A stretch of DNA of 63,861 nucleotides, counting the filler, from Perkinsus chesapeaki ATCC PRA-425 (lineage: Eukaryota > Protista > Perkinsozoa): NCBI GenBank assembly GCA_013115145.1. It is 8 parts of 8 records of this genome, joined end to end, with 100 filler letters (N's around TTAATTAATTAA, not from the genome) between each part and the next. Parts side by side here need not be neighbours in the genome. Positions count along the whole stretch, not along the records: positions 1 to 31,897 come from JAAPAO010000410.1; 7 more parts are not named here. One strand, given 5' to 3'. The position numbers were made by a program, and so were the translations under genes. Below, piece by piece: positions 11,222 to 21,100 of this stretch; within the stretch, counting starts at the first letter, position 1; each line of letters starts with the position of its first letter. The notes beneath the pieces were generated by a model. It was not told where the DNA came from and did no database searches. It worked only from the letters and a program-made list of their open reading frames with translations.

Positions 11222-14200
11222 TCAAACGTCACTCGCCATGAAATTCATCGCAAATCATCCTTCGGCTTGTTCACCGGGACATTTCCGGAAGCTCACGAAC
11301 TTTACTGACACTGTCACTGTACAGCGGTAGTTTCCATTAAACCCTTACTAAAAAATACAATTCACTAATTCGATTTTCCCGGTTAAGTAAATCCAACGAG
11401 AAGGCATATTTCAGGATCCTCTGTTCATTAAGGAATTCCTCCTAGGTCCGCGTTTCGGGAGGGTACCTATTCCGCTTGCACTGTACTGTTATCATGTTCG
11501 CGCAGGAGATAACAAATCATGAAAATAAATTGTGTTTGAAGTGAAATCGCCGCGAGTCCGGTTTGTATAAGCTCACGATGACTTAAGCATCGCGAAATCT
11601 AGCAAAGAGCAGAAAATTAGGGAAGGAAAGGTTTCAATCGCAACCCCCGCGTGAGAAGAAAAAACTTATCAATTGGTGCAGGTGCGAAAAGTGCGCGTCT
11701 CTTTGGAAATTTGCAATTGTCCCTAAATCTCCCCCATGGATTAAAGCCGGAAAAAGCCCAGGCTAGGGTTCGAACTCGTGAAACTTGTACGCGTGCGGTT
11801 TGCGCGCGTCGTTTATCGGCTCCGCTAGGACTACTGCGTATTATGAACTTTCCCCCCTTTCAATAAACTAACTTTGAGACTGAGAACCGGTTCTGGAAAC
11901 GATTCCGAGAACTTTTCCAGAACGCTGCTGAGCGTTCTTAGTCGAGTTTCAGAATCGTTTCTTCTACTTTCTGTTTCAAGTCATAGTTTGCTGATCAGGC
12001 GGCTAGTCGCATGCCCGCGGATATGATTATAACATTAACCTCAGATATTCGCCCTCCCAAATCGTTGTGTCAATGAAACATTCCATGAATAATGCTGCGC
12101 CGCAGCAGCAGCTGCAGACTGCAGTAACGCGGTAATGTTGTAGTGACAGTGACACAGTGGAAGATTCACGAAGTACACGTACATGGTATTCACTTGATTC
12201 AATGCCCTCAAAAACTACACGGTACTTTTTCGTCGAAAAGTGTATAAATACCACAAGAACGAATAGCGGAGTGGAGTTAGGAAGCAGCGCAAGCCTGAGG
12301 GCGACAACTTGTCGCAGACAAGTGGACAGTCTTTTCCTAGGGGAACTGACAAATAGGCGGTTTCCCCTCAATGTGCATGCATGGAAGTTAGGCATTCCGG
12401 TAAATATGTACTTATCGTCTCACATTGCGAGTCCCAATTCGCGACATATATTCAAAATATAGAGAAAAAATATCAACTGGACCATCCCGTTGATATGTTT
12501 TGCTCATGCTGATCCAGTCTGCATCAACAGCTCGTCTAGCTGTCACTGGAGATTCTCCAGTGGAGGACGAGTTTAAGACATTGGTTCAACACAGACTACA
12601 TTACTCAGTAATGACTACTGTAATGTCGTCACACAACTGTATCGGGTTAACACATACATATGGGTCTGGGTGGCGGTTTTCGGGAATATCTCATGAGGAT
12701 GTTCCCTGCCAGGAATTCCCCGGGAAATCCCGGTAACTACAGTACGCGACATCTAGAGATGCGCGGTCTGGAAGGGTAAAAATATCGATAAGTATGTCGA
12801 ATTTCGAATTTCGGTATCCATAATGGATAGACACAACGTATATCGCAAATTTTGACAAGAAGGAATTGATTGGGAAGCGAACTCCTTCGAGTCGGCTTCG
12901 CGAGTCCATATCGGAGAGGATATACAGCCCGACGCAATGAAATAGAGCATTTCGTATTTTCTCGATTTCTCACTCAATATCGAGTACTATTGAGCGAAAT
13001 GTCAAACATGATTACTTCAAAGAGTATCGAAAACGTGACACCAAATCGATCAACCGTTCCACGACTATCTATTGATATCTTGGCGCACGAATTTTTCAGC
13101 GCCCGCAGAACTGGCGCAATGAAATAGAATATTTCGCGAAACGACCGAGTACAAACGGTTAAGCCGTAGCTACTTGAATCATTCTCCCTAATGAGACGCA
13201 GTAAGCACGTATCGACCGATGACCGCACGAAAATCAAGAGAATGGCGGCCCAATCGGGTTCGGATGGCCGCAGGAAGTTCTCACAGAAGGACCTGGCAAT
13301 TGCCAGGCAGTTATTGCCATTGAAGGCAACCAGAGTGTGAAGAGTAAGATCTGTCATCTTTCGTGAGATACGATCTCGGAGATCACGTACTCTCTACACA
13401 AGGAGCTTGTACTATTACAGTATAAGGCGTGTACTGTAATGTATAAGCCTTATACTGTGAGTTCACTCTGTCAAGATCCGAATCGTAGTCCGAATAGTTT
13501 GCAAACTACAACCAAACGCAGATTTCACTGAAGGCTTCAGTCCTCGAACGCACTGGCTCATCTGCTGAAAATTGCAGCCTGCAATAGGCATATCGTAGAA
13601 GTGATTCAAAAAGCTTCTACCTTTTCTCTCCGAGTAGGACTGCGATTGAAATACAGTGAAAAGTGCTCAGTGCTACTGAGTGATGATCGCCGACTGTTGG
13701 CCGGTCAGCGATGCGTTACCTGGCGTTATTGGTCGAAATCGGTCCCAATGGGACCGTCCCATTGTGGGACAACCAGGGGTCTCCCACATGTAGTGTATTA
13801 CTCGGAGGATTTTCCTCGCGGTGCACTTCAAGTCTTACGCAATCACGTGCAAAAGCGATTTCGTGCAAAACACGCGGAGTACAATGGGGGCATCTCACCT
13901 CACCAATTCGCGCCACGAATTGCGGGAGGCAAGCAGTGGAAAGCGCGAATTTCGCGCTTTCCACTGCTTGCACATGGCTAGAATCTACTAGGTAGCTTAG
14001 CTACCGTAGCTAGGGTTCTCGCCGAAACCCACCGGAAATTTCTCGGTGCACATAACAAGCCTTGGGTCGACATTGTCGACTCGGCAATCCAAGGATTTCT
14101 GGCACTCAACCCTTCGGGGACAACACTCTGCCACGTCATCTCGCCAGGTCCTCACCGGAACTGGGTGCCACCGAGCCTCCCGCGTGAATTTTCTATGCGC

Positions 14201-14708
14201 CACAGTCAATTTGTGGTGTTCACACCACGCTTTCAGCGGCACATACCTACACTACTATTAATTTTCGGGCCTTTCTCGGTGCTAGGCTTCCCATCAGTGG
14301 CGCCGTATGAGTCACGGCAGTTCTGTGACATCGTTAGAGAACACTATGTTTAGAATGCCATACCTCCCACCCTCTATTGATTCATCTTTGCATATTCAAC
14401 TTGATCAGCTTTTATGCACTCCTTCCGAGCCCATTTGTTATGATACTGAATGTTCCTGCAATGCGTCCGCTATAAAACAGCGTGAGGTATGATAGGTAGA
14501 CAATCAGATTGTCACACTCTTGAACGGTCACACTGGCTGGCAGCTGCTGGCAATTGGAGATCGATCACATTGTTTGTGCATCCGGGAAGTCACCGCCAAG
14601 TCGGCTGACACGAATTCAAACGAGTCCCCAATAAGCATGTGTTCGTAGTACGAACTTGGTACGATATGTCAGTGACATAATGTCACACAGTGTGTTCCTT
14701 ACCTTAAC

Positions 14709-16635
14709 ATGCTCATCCCACTAGCCAGTGTGGTCCTATGCACGAGCGCTATCGTGGAAGCAGACATCATTACAAAATTATTCGCAGCTTATAAGAAAAA
14801 GTAAGCGCTCGCTTTGATCGACGCATTAATAATGCGGCATTATTATCAAACAGATTCCATTACGACTTCGGGCTCGATGATGATTACAGGATGAAGGTTT
14901 TTGGAGACAATCTTCGTTATATAGATGAAAGCAACTCCAAGGGTGAGAGACTCAGAGTCTCTTAGAGGGAGTGAATCGCGGAAATCTGATCACAACCTCC
15001 TACAGGTTTATCTTACACATTGGGTATCACTTCGTTCACTCACCTAACCCAAGCTGAATTTCGGGATATGATGCTGATGAAACCGCCATCGGTGAAGGAT
15101 GGTACAGCTTCTCTCCGTCAACCTAGTGAAAGTAGGTTAGTTTTCATGGGCTTGGTACGTCGATCAAGCTAGTCGAGACAACCTCGAGGAGGTAACCCAA
15201 TCACTCTCGGTTCATTATCATCAAATAGGTCAAGATAGTGCTCAGTTTGAACGGTCTCTCGACGATCTGCCAGACTCGGTCAATTACGTCAAGCGAGGCT
15301 GGGTGACTGGAGTCAAAGACCAGATGGCATGCGGCAGCTGTTGGACATTCTCTACTACCGGTAACAGAATAACCAAGAATCATCAGTGGGCTCCAATGAC
15401 TCTTTACGAGGCTCCATTGAGCTACTCTCACCGTGAGAGTCTCACGTATTAGGTCACCTAATTTAGGTGCTGTTGAAGGAGCTTATATGAATGCCACGGG
15501 GGAACTGGTATCTTTCTCTGAACAACAACTGGTTGATTGCAATACCAAAAACTTGTAGGAAATTGCAATTGGCTGCAAATTGCTTCCGGTGTCGTTAACA
15601 AACTGACTATGGCCCATAGTTGGTTTGTTAACGACACATTGTCTATGGCTATGGTATCACTGAAAGCCTCGAGAATAATAGGCTATTAATAATAGGCTGT
15701 ACAGTGTCAATGACACTGTGTCATAATGCCAATTAGTGTGATATTGTATGGGAATATGTCGGGCAGTGACTTTCAGTTCGGCCCTTACTAGAGGTGTGAT
15801 CGGCAGTAATCCTCCGATAAAGCTGACTATTTGCAATAGCGTATTACGGTAATAAGCTGTTCCAAAAAAATCAGCTGGAATTAGAAGTTGTGATGATATT
15901 AAACCAAACTACTCATTTTTCAGTGGGTGCAAAGGTGGGTGGATGTCAACTGCCTTCGAATATATTGGGGCTAATGGACTAGAGTCAGAAGACGTTTATC
16001 CTTATACCGCCGATGAGAACCCTTGCAAAGCAAACTCTACGAAGAATATCATCAAGGTAAGAGAATGCCTAGTTTGTAGCACATGACAAGAGGCCCCTTG
16101 CAGCCGGGAGAGCTGACCTATCGCAATGTTACTCCTAATTCTAAGAAGGCTCTGCTAATAGCACTCGCTCTTTACGGTCCAGTCAGCGTTACGGTTGATG
16201 CCACGGGTGACGTGTTCCAACACTACGTTAGCGGTGTCATCAATGCCAGTAAGCTTTATAACTGAATTAAATTCTTCTTCTTGTTCTTGCTAGCTGATTG
16301 TGATATAAGGACGAATCACGCAATACTCGTGGTGGGCTACGATATGAACGCCACTGTGCCGTAAGTTTGACTCTACTATTTTAATGTGAAAGTTTTAAAC
16401 TCCCTTGGAACACGCGCAGGTATTATCTGTGCAAGAATTCATGGGGGACCGATTGGGGAGAGAATGGTTATGTTAGAATTGCCATTGATGACTCGCAGGA
16501 AGGTAATTATCCGTCCGCTATTTCGAATGAGTTCATCAAACTTTGATGATCAAAGACTCTTCTATGAATAATAATGTTTCAGGGGTGTGTGGTATTCTGA
16601 CTTTGCCTAGCTATCCCATGATACAAGCTCAGTGA
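14709..16635 (+). CDS. Papain-family (C1A) cathepsin L-like cysteine protease precursor, multi-exon
   Basis: Signal [14 protein letters not shown]; I29-like prodomain ([25 protein letters not shown]); [15 protein letters not shown] (catalytic Cys); [11 protein letters not shown]; GCKGGWM; [10 protein letters not shown] (His); [13 protein letters not shown] (Asn); [12 protein letters not shown]; stop TGA at 16633-16635. Confidence 0.93.
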
Positions 16636-17192
16636 GCTTAGCTCATCAGTAGCTGTCTCTCCTCGAAGGAGAGTCTCTCTCTTTTGAGACTCAAAACTAT
16701 TCACGAGTCTCGCAAGTTACTTCTATTGCTTTGGTATCCAGAGCATTTGTCTGCTCCCCCTCAGTCAACCTCGCATTGGCGTAGGTATTTAACAAAGCTT
16801 TCGGTTGTTGAACTGTTAGTAATGAAAGGCATCATCAGGCCTAACCTTGAGCATCTTGTGTTCAGCGCTAGTGATGGGATAATGTAGCTGTATCACGACA
16901 CAACGACCGAGATACACTGCCTAGACTAAGCGAGCAGCTTAAAGCTGCACACCTCTTCGAGAGAGTCTTTTGACGCACTCTACCTGGTAGAGTCTACCAT
17001 CAAGAAGATTTATAAGCAGATCTATAACCAATCTTGCTCCACTTGTTCTGACCGTGGAATGAATGTTGATTGAGAACTATGAGTTGCTGATTGTAGATTC
17101 TGCTAGAACTGACCTGTTGAGTTGCACAGTGTTATTCATTGTGCGCCGCTCGCTCCCTTGTACATGCGTGCACAGCTAACTCCCCCTGCGAA

Positions 17193-17271
17193 TGTAAGCT
17201 GAATAAGAAGAAGCCTTTGTAGACTCCCTTCTCGCCTTGTGTTCGTCCATATGAACGAGGAACGAGCAACA
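17193..17271 (+). repeat. 79-bp dispersed repeat, inverted copy at 31819-31897
   Basis: TGTAAGCTGAATAAGAAGAAGCC...GAGGAACGAGCAACA matches the reverse complement of 31819-31897 at 78/79 positions by manual comparison. Confidence 0.9.
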
Positions 17272-17963
17272 CACAGATCGTTCAATAGTATTGAATCAAT
17301 ACAAATTCTTAGCATGAAGTTGAATCACCTCCTCTTGCATCACTTATCCCGGTCGAACACTCGGCACCTGATATGTCTGAACAACCACGCTATTCTGTCC
17401 TTGATTGATTATGTCTAAATAAAAAATCTCAGCCCAAAGGTCAAAGTCCGTACCCCTGCTATGCACGGCATGCACCTGGTAAGAGACCGGGTACAACGGG
17501 CGGTGCTGTTATACACCAGGGCTCAACAGGTCAATCAAACTAGGACCAGCTCGGAGCTACTGCTTGAGACTTCCACAGCGCCTCTCCATTACGGACATGA
17601 CTCGTACCGTTTAAAAGCTCATAACAGGACCTTATTTCGGGCACCATGTTATACTGTCAGTCATCGACTCTACCGCGATAACCTCATAATGTAAGTAATC
17701 TGGAACAGTCTATCCAACTCTCAGCTGCACAAACTTCATGTTTGTTGAAGATCCCAAAACCCGGATCGTAACCCAACCAAGCGCACTGCGCTTAGTGCAC
17801 AAATCTGCACGCATGCACATGACACCCTGGTTCGAACCGCAGCATCGATATTTATTCGGGTTCTCTCTTCCATTATGCAAGACGGTGAAGAGCTTTAGCA
17901 CCGCTGTCGTATTCCTATACGTCAATGAGAACCTTACTATTCTCTCAGAGTCTTTCTTTGGAC

Positions 17964-17994
17964 AAAAAATGCCTGGGCCGGGGTTTGAACTTGA
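17964..17994 (-). pseudogene. Possible tRNA 3'-end remnant with oligo-T tail
   Basis: Minus strand reads GTTCAAACCCCGGCCCAGGCA followed by TTTTTT (B-box-like T-loop, acceptor 3' strand and Pol III terminator-like run). Confidence 0.3.
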
Positions 17995-18190
17995 GTGAGT
18001 GCGCTAGAAATCAGCGATGCCTAACAGTGACTAGTATTCATGTGAAGTATTAATTTGCGGATTAAATGGATTAATTTGAATTGATTATTTGCTATTATTA
18101 AATGGTAGTCAAGTATTTATTAGAATTGTATAGACAGACCCAAGCTCGAAGTGTGCAAGATTCCTATGAGGTTACTTTTAGTGTCATATT

Positions 18191-21100
18191 ATGATTCGCC
18201 CGCCGATTTTCCTCCTACTATTTATATCTATAGCTTTCGCCCAGAAGACTGATGACGATTGGGAGACTATCACAGCACAGTTCAATCCGAAGACAAATCA
18301 AATCATCTATAATAACACGGATTTTGCTGGCCCGGAAATTCTCGACCACAAGCATTTCATATTTAACACTGTTATGACGATTATTTGCGTGGTAATACAA
18401 TGGGAAGGGTATCTCATCATTCGCACATATTTCTATTACATTTTCCACTCCTACGCACTCTATCGCAGCTTCAACTCCAGTTCTCATCTCAAAATAGTAT
18501 CCTAGCTTCAACCATGCAAGATGCGTAAGAGCTACATTTAAGTGGTCGATAAGTATCTGTATTATGTATTTTCCTTCTTCTTCTTCTAGCATTCTTTGTT
18601 ATTTTGTCAACTAGATATGTTGTAGCTACTTACTTCTAACTTTGTACCGTTCAACTTCCTAGTGTGTATGTTGCAACTAATTAGGAACATTCAGGTCGAA
18701 ATTTAGGAATTTTGGGGGATTTTACGGTTGAGCCCAACTCCCACAAGAACTTCATGAACCGTTTTCCGAATAGAAGAGAGCTGCAATGAGTTATTATAAA
18801 CACGAACTACTTAGTAGTAGATTAGTTTATAAAGTAGGAAAGATTTCTGCGGCAATAACTGCGAAATTTCCATCGTTGTGTTTTTGATTCTCACGTCCTT
18901 CACCACTGCGATCGCATCATCTCAGAAATAGTTTCTCTTTTACTGTATGGGTATTCGGGTATAGTGTGAACTGCTCCCGGAAAACCACCGAAAAGTCGCC
19001 AAAAATGCGTTGAAAAATACATTCTCCGTATCCGTGTAAAGCTGGATAATATAGGATGTCCAGTCTGATTGATGAAGAGGAAGTCAGTCAGGAATTTATC
19101 CCATTTACGCTCATCTGTTGGTAACTGGTATATACAAAAGATATTGTGAGCTTGAAGCAATGATTCATACTTGCTGTAGATTTGCGCTGCGTTGGCATCT
19201 GGGCTGACTATGGGTTTGGTATCTTTGGATGACTTTGATCTGAGGATACTCATGGAGTCAAGCGAAGATGATGTGCCTGATCCTGCCGATAAAGCAGAAA
19301 TGAGAAAAGAAAAGGAAGCTGCTACTAAATTGTAATAAACAGTGAATCGGTGGCAAATTGGGTAATTTTTATGATGAGGTAGATGAAATATTCCGTAAAC
19401 TCCATTGTGTACCGCATCTTTTTGTGTGTAAAATGCGCGCTTCAACCTCAGTTCTTGGGGAAGTGAGTACATGTGAGTTTGTGTAGGCAACTGTATGGCA
19501 TATCTTTCTTGGGGACGTAATGTACGCTTCAAGCTCATTCCGTATATAACTGGTTGGCATATCTTTTTGGGGGACGTAATGTACGCTTCAAGCTCATTCC
19601 GTATACAACTGTTTGGCATATCTTCTTTGAGGACGTAATGTACGCTTCAAGCTCATTCCGTTTACAACTGTTTGGCATATCTTCTTTGAGGACGCAATGT
19701 TCGCTTCAAGCTCATTCCGTATACAACTGTTTGGCATATCTTCTTTGAGGACGCAATGTACGCTTCAAGCTCATTCCGTATACAACTGTTTGGCATATCT
19801 TGCTTGGGGACGTAATGTACGCTTCAAGCTCATTCCGTGTACAACTGTATGGCATATCTTTTTGGGGGACGTAATGTACGCTTCAAGCTCATTTCAGGCA
19901 CCCTCTAATCTCACGTCACCATCTTCTACTAGTAACATTACTCTTGGTAAATTCGTTGGCTAATGAGGCGCTGCCACTTTTCCTGGATCAAATAGTTCCA
20001 CCTTATATGGCAGTTATTGTCTCTGTTACACTGGTAATATCTGCACGCATGCGCAAAAACTTCACGGTGCGTAACTGCGTATCTTTCATAGGTATTGGTG
20101 TTTGGTGAGATCATTCCATCAGCAGTTTTCACAGGACCGAATCAGTTGTCTATCGGAGCGGCTTTGGCACCGTTGGTGAAGTAATGAGTAGTATAGGGAA
20201 ATTCCGTGACCGAAATTCCTAGTTGAATGATATTCCAGAACAGAAACGGAAAACCAAAGAGAGATTCCGCGTGGATTTGGGACAGCTCAGTGAAGTCGAG
20301 TAATTGCCAGGAATACTAAAAACCACCTACTTTACTAAGCTCCTTGTTATTAAATCAGCACTCGGGTCATGTTTTGTCGCGTCTTGGTACGCTTTGACGA
20401 AAGGGCGCGTTTTAACGTCTAGCTCAGACCACATAGGGCCCTGGAATTGCCCGAGTTCCACTCTCCGGTTGAAGCACTTGGTGGGTTAGATAAAATCGTT
20501 TGCTGCATTTTTATCACGCTCATCATTCACATTTCCCCCTCAGATGGGACTCCTCTCTATCTTAGTTTGTGTATTTACTTCCCCTTGTCAGATTTCTTAT
20601 GATAATAGTATACCCAATAGCCGGTCCGGTGGCATGGTGTCTGGATAAGACTCTTGGAGAGGAACATAAAGGAAGATACAATAAGGCGGAATTCAAGGCA
20701 TTATTGAATCTTCATCAATACGATGATGTAGTGATGAAAGGGGCGTGGGTTCGAATCCCAGTTGAAGTATTTTAAATAATGCGTCAAATGGCCTTCGCAT
20801 AATTTGCTATACTTTGTATTTCATTCTCCGAAAATTCATTCTTTGGATGCAATTCAAGTTTTTGGCCGGTTATTTCGAAGCATGTGGACGCACTGTGGAG
20901 AATTTACGAGTATCTTTACGCACTATGAAGATTCCAAAAGATATTCTTTGTCAGACTGGAGACGTCGACATTGAAACCGGAATAAGCGGTCAGTCTTCTC
21001 CATTGGATACTCACACAACAACTGGAGGAGACGGTCCTGTTAGTGGTAGAGGCGAAGTACACCATCATGTAAGGAGGCGTGGGTTCGAACCTCGGTAAGG

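Noticed and set aside
12691-13357. Overlapping ORFs (up to 127 aa) on both strands
   Set aside because: No recognisable motif or consistent splice model was found; coding status could not be supported.
14001-14012. ACCGTAGC, resembling the start of the Perkinsus/dinoflagellate spliced leader
   Set aside because: Only 8 nt match, it sits inside a palindromic tract and no gene follows; GCCATCTTGGC at ~47381 is similarly partial.
19489-19893. CRISPR-like array
   Set aside because: The units are contiguous with no unique spacers, lie in a eukaryotic intron and have no cas genes nearby; this is a minisatellite.
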